Origin: Bacteroidota bacterium
GTDB lineage: Bacteria; Bacteroidota; Bacteroidia; Chitinophagales; Chitinophagaceae
Length of the DNA stretch: 33,590 nt
Assembly (NCBI GenBank): GCA_031418795.1
Contig: JANOJO010000167.1
Location: 1 to 33,590, forward strand
Reading direction: 5' to 3'
Position numbers and translations under genes: made by a program. Below, piece after piece: positions 15,432 to 22,391 of this stretch. Position 1 is the first letter of the stretch; each line of letters opens with the position of its first letter. The notes beneath the pieces were generated by a model. That model did no database searches. It was not told the DNA's origin and worked only from the letters and a program-made list of their open reading frames with translations.

Positions 15432-16484
15432 TTATACTTGTACCTGCACTTTTAATGTATTCACTTTATCAGCAGCCAGGTGCATGGCTTGGTTAATATC
15501 ATTCAGTGGCAATATGCCGGTAATAAAAGGACGCAGATCAATTCTCCCCGATTCAACTAATCTGATGGCCTCATCAAAAACATTTCCATACCGGAAAGAA
15601 CCAATAAATTGAATTTCTTTCACCATTACCTGATTTGCAGGAAGCGGAATATCTTCGGTACCAATTGTACCTATCTGTACAATAGTGCCACCTGGCCTTA
15701 CCAGATCAAATGCCTGCCGCAATGCCGGCCTTGCACCGGAGGCTTCAAAAATTATATCAAACCCATCGCCGGTAATTTCATTTATTTTTTCAGTAAGATT
15801 TTTTTCCGATGGATCCAATGCAATGTCAACGCCACAGTTTAGTGCAGCTTTTCTTCTCTCCAAAACTATATCGCTTACTGCAACTGGTACCGCACCAAAA
15901 GCTTTTGCAGTAACTGCAGTTAATAAACCAATAGTACCGGCGCCAGTAACCAATACCCGCTTGCCAGCTATGTTTCCTGATCGCTTTATTGCATGCAGCG
16001 CTACTGACAGAGGTTCTATCATGGCGCCCAATCCATCATCCATTGCTGCAGGTAACAGATGGCATTGATCTTCCCGCACCGTTACATATTCTGCCATAGC
16101 TCCATCCGTTGGCGGATTGGTACTTCCGCTACCCAGCATAATTGTGTTGCGGCAAAGATTAATTCTTCCCGTTTTGCAAAAATCACAAAACCCGCAGGCT
16201 CTTGCCGGATTTACTGTCACCCTTGTACCGGGTGCAAGCAAAGACGATGCGTTATTATTTATTGAAACTACTTCTGCCGTTAATTCGTGGCCAAGTATAA
16301 ATGGCCGTGAAGGAATAAAACTTCCGCAATAGCCATCTTCAAAATAATGCAGGTCTGACCCGCAGATTCCAACTCTTTTTATCCGTAGCAACACCATACC
16401 GGGGAGAAGATCGGGCATGAGAAAATTTTCGAGCCGTAAATCTTTAGCGCCATGCAGCACTGCTGCCTTCATTGTGTTATTCAT
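15432..16484 (-). CDS. Zinc-dependent medium-chain dehydrogenase (sorbitol / L-idonate 5-dehydrogenase-like)
   Basis: 350 aa. GICGSDLHYF...GHE catalytic-zinc motif, a structural-zinc Cys cluster (CGFCDFCKTGRINLC), and a Rossmann GAGTIGLL. Confidence 0.88.
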   Translation of the reverse strand: MNNTMKAAVLHGAKDLRLENFLMPDLLPGMVLLRIKRVGICGSDLHYFEDGYCGSFIPSRPFILGHELTAEVVSINNNASSLLAPGTRVTVNPARACGFCDFCKTGRINLCRNTIMLGSGSTNPPTDGAMAEYVTVREDQCHLLPAAMDDGLGAMIEPLSVALHAIKRSGNIAGKRVLVTGAGTIGLLTAVTAKAFGAVPVAVSDIVLERRKAALNCGVDIALDPSEKNLTEKINEITGDGFDIIFEASGARPALRQAFDLVRPGGTIVQIGTIGTEDIPLPANQVMVKEIQFIGSFRYGNVFDEAIRLVESGRIDLRPFITGILPLNDINQAMHLAADKVNTLKVQVQV

Positions 16485-16606
16485 GCGTTAATCAGTTTAT
16501 GGTTGAATCCGATTGATGTCGGATGAATTTGTAAAACTTGTTTCAGTCCATCAAATTTAAACAATCTCTGAAAAGGATAAGAAATTCAATTTGTAATAAA
16601 TGAAAT

Positions 16607-16630
16607 AAAAAAAACCGGAACATCTCCGGC
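16607..16630 (-). terminator. Rho-independent terminator of clpX
   Basis: Minus strand reads GCCGGA-GATGT-TCCGGT followed by TTTTTTTT, 39 nt after the clpX stop. Confidence 0.7.
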
Positions 16631-16668
16631 TTTGAATGTCTTATTGACTCAATGACTTAATAACTTTA

Positions 16669-17910
16669 CTAAGCAACTTTCAACAAACTGATCTTACTTG
16701 TTTCAAACTTCCTCTTTGCATAATCAATATCCAGCAAAAAAGATTTTTCATTAGTGCCCGGCAGTTCAAACATGGCATCAGTTAAAATACTTTCGCAGAT
16801 ACTGCGCAGGCCACGGGCGCCGAGTTTATATTCCATAGCTTTCTCAACCATAAATTCAAGTACAGCAGGCTCAATCGTCAGTTGAATATTTTCCAGTTCA
16901 AATAATTTTTTATACTGCTTAATCAATGCATTCTTTGGTTCTGTAAGAATTGCACGCAGCGTAATTGCATCCAATGGGTCAAGATGGGTAACTACCGGTA
17001 AACGGCCCAGCAATTCAGGAATAAGTCCGAATGTTTTTAGGTCTGGAGCATTTACATAGCGAAGTAAATTTTTCTTCATGTGTTCCTGTTGTTCTTTGTC
17101 AACATTAAAACCAATTGTATTAGTCTGCACCCTGCGGGCAATCACTTTATCAATACCATCAAAAGCGCCGCCGCAAATGAAAAGAATATTCTGAGTGTTA
17201 ATCTTGATAAGCTTTTGCTCGGGATGTTTTCTTCCGCCTTGCGGAGGCACAAGTACATCGGTTCCTTCTAATAATTTCAACATTCCCTGTTGCACACCTT
17301 CACCACTTACATCACGGGTGATGGAAGGGTTATCTCCTTTTCGGGCTATCTTATCTATTTCATCTATATAAACAATGCCACGTTCAGCAGCAGATACATC
17401 ATAATTACAAACCTGAAGCAATCTTGTCAAAATACTTTCTACATCTTCACCCACATAACCGGCTTCAGTAAATACAGTAGCGTCAACAATAGCGAAAGGT
17501 ACATTGAGCATACGGGCAATACTTTTTGCCAAAAGCGTTTTACCGGTTCCGGTTTCACCCACCATGATGATATTACTCTTTTCAATCTCTACATCGCCGG
17601 AAGCAATGTCTGCTGGTTTTTGTTGTAACCGTTTGTAGTGGTTATAAACTGCAACAGCCAGAATTTTTTTAGCTTCATCCTGACCGATTACATAATCATC
17701 AAGAAACTTTTTTATTTCAACTGGCTTTTTTACGTTGAGCTTAAAAGAGGAAGGAGTCTTATCATCTTTGGTCATCAGTTCCTGCTCAATAATTTCACGG
17801 GCATGTTCTACGCAATTTTCGCAGATATGGCCTTCCTGACCGGCGATAAGAATTTTTACCTCATCACGGTTGCGGCCGCAGAAAGAACAGTGAAGTGGAT
17901 TTTTTGCCAT
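16669..17910 (-). CDS. clpX: ATP-dependent Clp protease ATP-binding subunit ClpX
   Basis: 413 aa. N-terminal zinc-binding CSFCGR...CENC, Walker A GETGTGKT, Walker B VYIDEIDK, and typical ClpX C-terminal motifs. Confidence 0.97.
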   Translation of the reverse strand: MAKNPLHCSFCGRNRDEVKILIAGQEGHICENCVEHAREIIEQELMTKDDKTPSSFKLNVKKPVEIKKFLDDYVIGQDEAKKILAVAVYNHYKRLQQKPADIASGDVEIEKSNIIMVGETGTGKTLLAKSIARMLNVPFAIVDATVFTEAGYVGEDVESILTRLLQVCNYDVSAAERGIVYIDEIDKIARKGDNPSITRDVSGEGVQQGMLKLLEGTDVLVPPQGGRKHPEQKLIKINTQNILFICGGAFDGIDKVIARRVQTNTIGFNVDKEQQEHMKKNLLRYVNAPDLKTFGLIPELLGRLPVVTHLDPLDAITLRAILTEPKNALIKQYKKLFELENIQLTIEPAVLEFMVEKAMEYKLGARGLRSICESILTDAMFELPGTNEKSFLLDIDYAKRKFETSKISLLKVA

Positions 17911-17962
17911 GCTTATATAAAATATATTGGACTAAAAACGGGTTTGTGCTTCACAAAATTAT

Positions 17963-17988
17963 AAATCCACCCCGATAGAGGCGGATTT
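17963..17988 (-). promoter_or_regulatory. Intercistronic hairpin between the clpP paralog and clpX
   Basis: Minus strand reads AAATCCGCC-TCTATCGG-GGTGGATTT, a 9-bp stem including one G:U pair. It is followed by ATAATTTTGTG, a weak U-tract, so it may be a partial terminator or a processing site. Confidence 0.45.
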
Positions 17989-18027
17989 ATTTTATAATCG
18001 GTTGTTAAGAAGCTGCTTCAGAGAATT

Positions 18028-18657
18028 TTAGAGTTTATCTACAATTCCATCAACAATGCCATATTCTATGGCTTCTTTGGCATCCATCCAGTAGTCACGG
18101 TCAAAATCTTTCATTATCTGGTCAACAGTTTTGCCACAATTGCCAGCCAGAATTTTTGCACTAATCTCTTTTACTTTTCTTGTTTGAATGGCCTGGATTT
18201 CCAAATCGGCGCTTACCCCCTGAATATGTCCACCCAGTGAAGGCTGGTGAATCATCACTTCTCCATGCGGGTAAATAAACCTTTTCCCTTTTACACCGCC
18301 ACTCAATAATATACTGCCCATGGAGGCGGCCAGTCCCATACAAATTGTACTGATGGGTGATTTTATCATTTGCATAGTATCATACATCACCATACCGCTT
18401 GTTACTACTCCACCCGGACTGTTGATAAAAAATTTTATTTCCTCACCCGGTTTATCTGCGTCCAGCAAAAGTAATTTGGACACTATTTCTTTTGCGCTTT
18501 TATCATCCACCACACCCCAGAGATATACGGCACGTTTTTCAAAAAAATATTTTTCTAATTTCTTGTTCAGCATCTGCAATTCATCCCTTTTGTCTTCACG
18601 TTCCGGTTCTTCATCATCGCTTCTCCAGTCGTTATGTAAAAATTGTTTTCTGTTCAT
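18028..18657 (-). CDS. ClpP-family serine protease paralog with a charged N-terminal extension
   Basis: 209 aa. ClpP core INSPGGVVTSGMVMYDTMQ, with catalytic Ser (GLAASMGS), His (MIHQP) and Asp (DRDYWM) all present. The first ~45 aa (NDWRSDDEEPEREDKRDELQMLNKKLEKYF) is not found in canonical ClpP. Confidence 0.88.
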   Translation of the reverse strand: MNRKQFLHNDWRSDDEEPEREDKRDELQMLNKKLEKYFFEKRAVYLWGVVDDKSAKEIVSKLLLLDADKPGEEIKFFINSPGGVVTSGMVMYDTMQMIKSPISTICMGLAASMGSILLSGGVKGKRFIYPHGEVMIHQPSLGGHIQGVSADLEIQAIQTRKVKEISAKILAGNCGKTVDQIMKDFDRDYWMDAKEAIEYGIVDGIVDKL

Positions 18658-18733
18658 GGTTTATATTATTTGTAAAATACTTTTATAAATCAAGGTTTGT
18701 AATATGCTTAATTGCTATTGGCAAATTTGCACA

Positions 18734-19426
18734 TTAATCTTTTTTCTGTTTTCTCGGATTTGTCAACAGCACTTCATCCACCAATCCATATTCTTTTGCT
18801 TCAGGAGCTGTCATCCAGTGGTCACGGTCAAAATCTTTTTCTATCTGGCTCACTTCTTTGCCTGAATGAAAACTAATGACTTCATACAACTCACTTTTCA
18901 GTTTTTTAATTTCCGCCACGGTTATTTCAATATCGCTTGCTTGTCCGCCAATAGCGCCACTCGGTTGGTGCATCATTACTCTTGCATGTTTCAATGCTGC
19001 CCGTTTTCCTTTTGTACCTGCCGCAAGCAGAACAGATGCCATTGATGCAGCCACACCAATACAGATAGTAGCAATGTCCGGGGTTACATACTGCATCGTA
19101 TCATACACACCCAGGCCGCTATACACACTGCCGCCGGGGCTGTTGATGTACATATTGATGTCCCTTGTTCTGTCAGTAGAATCAAGAAACAACAACTGGG
19201 CGGTAACAATATTTGCCACTTCATCATTAATGGGATAACCGAGGAAAATAATTCTGTCCATCATCAACCGGCTGTACACATCCATTACGGCTACATTCAT
19301 GGGTCTTTCCTCAATGATGTTCGGCGTAAGTGCTGTTACAAGATGCGAAGCATAACTGTTGAGTGTATTGCTGGAAAGTCCACGGTGCTTAACTGCATAT
19401 TTTTCAAATTCAGATTTATAACTCAT
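18734..19426 (-). CDS. clpP: ATP-dependent Clp protease proteolytic subunit ClpP
   Basis: 230 aa. RIIFLGYPINDEVANIVTAQLLFL, INSPGGSVYSGLGVYDTMQ, and the catalytic triad S (AASMAS), H (MMHQP), D (DRDHWM). Confidence 0.95.
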   Translation of the reverse strand: MSYKSEFEKYAVKHRGLSSNTLNSYASHLVTALTPNIIEERPMNVAVMDVYSRLMMDRIIFLGYPINDEVANIVTAQLLFLDSTDRTRDINMYINSPGGSVYSGLGVYDTMQYVTPDIATICIGVAASMASVLLAAGTKGKRAALKHARVMMHQPSGAIGGQASDIEITVAEIKKLKSELYEVISFHSGKEVSQIEKDFDRDHWMTAPEAKEYGLVDEVLLTNPRKQKKD

Positions 19427-19435
19427 GGGAAGCGA

Positions 19436-19467
19436 AGTTTAAGAGTTTAAAAGTTTAGTAGTTTAAA
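19436..19467. repeat. Tandem octamer array 4 x AGTTTAAN abutting the clpP start codon
   Basis: AGTTTAAG|AGTTTAAA|AGTTTAGT|AGTTTAAA begins 9 nt from the clpP ATG (TTAAACT orientation on the clpP coding strand). A degenerate same-orientation array, AGTTTAAA|AATTTAGT|TATTTAGT, lies at 19635-19658. Confidence 0.7.
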
Positions 19468-19700
19468 GTGTTAGCTGTTCAGAATATTGAAATTCTTAAA
19501 AGTTAACAGCCTCAAACATTCATCGTTGAATTCATCAAATATCCGTCCAAATGGTAAAACCACAAAATTGGTGACAGGAAATAAATGAATTAAGACGATT
19601 TGACACAAAAGACCACTGGTTAATCATACTCAGAAGTTTAAAAATTTAGTTATTTAGTTTGTTTTGTTGTAAGGTGTGAACGTTATCATTTGGATAATTC

Positions 19701-19708
19701 TAATTTTG
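19701..19708 (+). promoter_or_regulatory. Candidate -7 promoter element (TAnnTTTG) for the two-gene insert
   Basis: Exact TAATTTTG lies 33 nt upstream of ATG 19741 and inside the TTG-initiated ORF-track model (19690). This argues for the ATG 19741 start. Confidence 0.3.
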
Positions 19709-19740
19709 TTCCAATATTTACAATATTAATTTTTTATACC

Positions 19741-20157
19741 ATGATTGCGTTTGAAGAAAAAATAATAAGATTTCAAAAGGAAAATGACGAGGTACAGAAT
19801 TTTATTGTTAAAGGGTCTGACGAACATTTAGATCTATTGTTGAGCATAAAGACTCAATTGGATCAGCTTACGGATAAGTTTATCATTTTAATGAGTGAGA
19901 TAATACCAGGCGCTGGTAAACTTTCTTCCGAAGAACTAAATAAATCAATGCCTTCCTTATTAGATCTTTATTCTTCGTCAATAAAACTTGTTGCAGCATT
20001 AAAGAGGAGTGCAACGGCAAATGACATTAAATCTTCATCACAGAGATACTATTCAGAGGTTGAGAATCTCAGGGAATTTATTTATGATTTGGAAAATATC
20101 AGGCTGAGTGACGATAAGGATCTGGAAAATCTTTTAGACGGATTAAACAAATTATAG
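19741..20157 (+). CDS. Hypothetical helical, acidic protein with no family recognised (the ORF track starts at TTG 19690)
   Basis: Open frame 19690..20157. The first ATG gives MIAFEEKIIRFQKENDEVQNFIVKGSDEHLDLLLSIKTQLDQL.... It looks all-helical with heptad-like L/I spacing and has no HTH, RHH or Phd-like signature visible by eye. Confidence 0.6.
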   Translation: MIAFEEKIIRFQKENDEVQNFIVKGSDEHLDLLLSIKTQLDQLTDKFIILMSEIIPGAGKLSSEELNKSMPSLLDLYSSSIKLVAALKRSATANDIKSSSQRYYSEVENLREFIYDLENIRLSDDKDLENLLDGLNKL

Positions 20158-20558
20158 TGGTGAAATTACTATCCACTTCTTCTTTTAGAAACTCTTTAAA
20201 TACGCTTTGCAAAAGACCTGAAAATGGCTATGGCTCCTGTCTTTTTGATATTTCACAGGTGTTAAAGGATAAATCCTTTGATGATATATTTAACAGGCAC
20301 TTTCTCATAAGAGAAATGGGTAATGTAAGGGTAATAAAACTACGCATTCAGAATTCTCAACTTAATTATAGCAGTTCGCAGGGGTATAGATTAATAATTT
20401 TATGCAACAAAAATCATAATCACATAGTTCTTTTGGAAATATATCCTAAAAAAGGAAGATATAGCAAAAGCGATTTGACAAAGAGAGAATATAAAGACCT
20501 TATAGAACTCTATAGCCAGGAACTAAAATCCGGACAGCTTTCAATACAGGAGATATAA
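20157..20558 (+). CDS. RelE/ParE-superfamily toxin-like protein
   Basis: 133 aa. Its GTG start overlaps the upstream TAG by 1 nt. N-terminal LLSTSSFRNSLNTLCKR and C-terminal VRVIKLRIQNS..SSSQGYRLIILCNKNHNHIVLLEIYPKKGRYSKSDLTKREYKDLIELY follow the RelE-like pattern (xFxKxLKKL; K.R...G.sgGYR.Iy....i.LL.IY.K....DLt..E). By-eye call. Confidence 0.6.
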   Translation: MVKLLSTSSFRNSLNTLCKRPENGYGSCLFDISQVLKDKSFDDIFNRHFLIREMGNVRVIKLRIQNSQLNYSSSQGYRLIILCNKNHNHIVLLEIYPKKGRYSKSDLTKREYKDLIELYSQELKSGQLSIQEI

Positions 20559-20609
20559 ATGTGTTTTTAGAAAATTAGCCGCAGAAATAATTCATTTTGA
20601 CAATTTAAA

Positions 20610-22013
20610 TTAATGATGCTGGTGCTGATGCTCTTCCTGCATCTTCACAAAATCATCTGAACTGATTTCTGTTTCTATGGCGTTGATCTTGCTTTCGGCC
20701 CACTCAAATATTTTCTGTGTCTGTATCCGGTTATAAGCATCATCCATATACTTACGATCCTTCATCATTTTTTCTATATAATCATTTACCCAGGGTTGTT
20801 CTTCTGCGGTATTGACCATGCCCATATAACCAAACAGTTGCTGCTTCGCAAAATTTCTGACTTCATCCGGCAGTACCTGAAGATTGTTTTTTCTTATTAT
20901 TCTGTCGCTGATTAATGTCCACTTCAATTGATTTTTAAAAGTGGGAAATTCTGCTTCTGCTTCTTCTTCCGACTTTTCTTTTTCTCCCTGTGTCTTCATC
21001 CATTTTTTTAAAAAAAGTTCAGGAAAATCAATTTCTGTATGATCTAATAATTCGTGGTAAACTGCATGCTGAAGCTGACTGCTGGCCTGACTGTTCCAAT
21101 GAGCCTGTATTTCTTCATTAATCTTTTTTCTGAAATCAGATTCAGTAGCTTCCCTTCCTGCCATATCCGTTGGTCGGGTTTCTTTGTTAGGATAAAGCTG
21201 ATTGAAAAAATCTTCATCCAATTCTCTTTTTTCCAGCAAGCCAACTTTTGTAATGACTACTTTAAAATATTTATCGGCGGCTGTTGGGTCTTCTTTATTC
21301 AAACCAAGATCACCAATTATCCATTCTCTTTCTTTTTCATCAAATGCAGATTTGAGTTGCAGTACTTCGCTGTCATCATTTTTTCTGCCCATCCATTTGC
21401 TGCGAAAATTTTCTGCAAAATATTTTACCAAAATTGAATTGTCTTTTTTTGCTCCTCCTTCCACTTCATTACCATCAGCATCTGTTTCTGTAAAATTTAC
21501 ATTCAGCACATTTTCTTCTGTAGTTACAGTTTCCGGTTCGTTCATGTGACCGTGGCGGTTTTGCAGGCGGATAATTTCGCTGTCAATCATTTCATCTGTA
21601 ACTATTACTTTATAGCGGGTCATTTTTGCAGTTGACAAATCAGCTAATTTAAATTCCGGCTTCATACCTACCTCAAAATTAAAAGTATAATCAACCGGGT
21701 TGTTTACATCCAACTGTCGGATGTCCATTTCCAAGGGAAGCGGCTGAGCGAAGATGTCAAGCTTTTCTGTTTCTAAATATTTGATCAGCTCCCGGTCCAC
21801 ACTGCGAAGAACTTCATCAGTAAACAGGGAATTGCCATACATTTTTTTTATAAGGCCTGCAGGCACCATTCCTTTTCTAAAGCCCGGAATATTTGCTTTC
21901 TTACTGTAATCTTTCAGTGTTTTTTCAAATGCAGGTAAGTAATCTGTTTTTTCAAGTTTCAGCGTCAGCTTATCATTAAGCAACCCGATATTTTCTTTGG
22001 TAACTGTAGCCAT
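20610..22013 (-). CDS. tig: Trigger factor (ribosome-associated chaperone / PPIase)
   Basis: 467 aa. The N-terminal ribosome-binding motif GFRKGMVP and the overall trigger-factor layout are present. It ends in an unusual tail, EEHQHQHH. Confidence 0.93.
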   Translation of the reverse strand: MATVTKENIGLLNDKLTLKLEKTDYLPAFEKTLKDYSKKANIPGFRKGMVPAGLIKKMYGNSLFTDEVLRSVDRELIKYLETEKLDIFAQPLPLEMDIRQLDVNNPVDYTFNFEVGMKPEFKLADLSTAKMTRYKVIVTDEMIDSEIIRLQNRHGHMNEPETVTTEENVLNVNFTETDADGNEVEGGAKKDNSILVKYFAENFRSKWMGRKNDDSEVLQLKSAFDEKEREWIIGDLGLNKEDPTAADKYFKVVITKVGLLEKRELDEDFFNQLYPNKETRPTDMAGREATESDFRKKINEEIQAHWNSQASSQLQHAVYHELLDHTEIDFPELFLKKWMKTQGEKEKSEEEAEAEFPTFKNQLKWTLISDRIIRKNNLQVLPDEVRNFAKQQLFGYMGMVNTAEEQPWVNDYIEKMMKDRKYMDDAYNRIQTQKIFEWAESKINAIETEISSDDFVKMQEEHQHQHH

Positions 22014-22019
22014 GAGGAA

Positions 22020-22058
22020 AGTTTAAAATGTTTAATAGTTTAAGAGTTTAAGGTTTAT
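22020..22058. repeat. Tandem octamer array AGTTTAAN abutting the tig start codon
   Basis: AGTTTAAA|(A)TGTTTAAT|AGTTTAAG|AGTTTAAG|GTTTAT begins 6 nt from the tig ATG. Word, period and orientation relative to the gene match the clpP array. Confidence 0.7.
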
Positions 22059-22108
22059 CCGGTTCAGGTATTTCTGACAGGGAAGAAAAAATTCTTTTGT
22101 TAGAGAAT

Positions 22109-22140
22109 TTTAAACTTTTAAACCTTGAAGTCTTAAACTT
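22109..22140. repeat. Inverted copy of the octamer array, next to the tRNA-Leu 3' end
   Basis: TTTAAACT|TTTAAACC|TTGAAGTC|TTAAACTT is the reverse-complement orientation of the 22020-22058 array. The two can pair as a long imperfect hairpin with a loop of about 50 nt. Confidence 0.6.
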
Positions 22141-22146
22141 TCTTTG

Positions 22147-22228
22147 TCCGGATGGAGGGACTCGAACCCCCATACCTTACGGCATCAGATCCTAAGTCTG
22201 ACGTGTCTACCAATTTCACCACATCCGG
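22147..22228 (-). tRNA. tRNA-Leu (anticodon UAG), type II with a long variable arm
   Basis: Hand-folded 82-nt cloverleaf: CCGGATG TG GTG AAATTGGTAGA CAC G TCAGA CTTAGGA TCTGA TGCCGTAAGGTAT GGGGG TTCGAGT CCCTC CATCCGG A. The anticodon loop is CT-TAG-GA. CCA is not encoded. Confidence 0.92.
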
Positions 22229-22234
22229 GATCTA

Positions 22235-22301
22235 AATTCCAAAAAGAAAATTCCAAATTCCACTTTAGTGAGGCACCCAACTGGAATTTGGGATTTGGAA
22301 T
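22235..22301. repeat. Composite inverted repeat of ATTCCAAA words between divergent tRNA-Leu and rel/spoT
   Basis: Inner perfect 10-bp stem CCAAATTCCA (22253-22262) / TGGAATTTGG (22282-22291). Outer 8-bp stem ATTCCAAA (22235-22242) / TTTGGAAT (22294-22301). Confidence 0.6.
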
Positions 22302-22391
22302 CTGTTATTTCAATTTAGGGTCGCAAAACTAAGTGTTTCCTTCCAGAAAAAGCGACAGCTTTTCATTAAATTCGCATTCTGTCTATGCCAA

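Noticed and set aside
19436-22140. The octamer arrays and the SprB nucleotide repeats (25796-27172) as CRISPR-like arrays.
   Set aside because: The 8-nt units are contiguous with no spacers. The ~231-nt repeats are in-frame coding repeats of the adhesin. Neither has CRISPR repeat-spacer architecture, and there are no cas genes.
22144-22332. ORFs overlapping the tRNA genes and their flanks: 22144..22332 over tRNA-Leu, and 32865..33077, 32936..33178, 32960..33241 and 33078..33302 over tRNA-Ser and the GC-rich scar.
   Set aside because: The sequence is explained by clean tRNA cloverleaves, terminator hairpins and repeats. The ORFs are artefacts of the GC-rich structured DNA.
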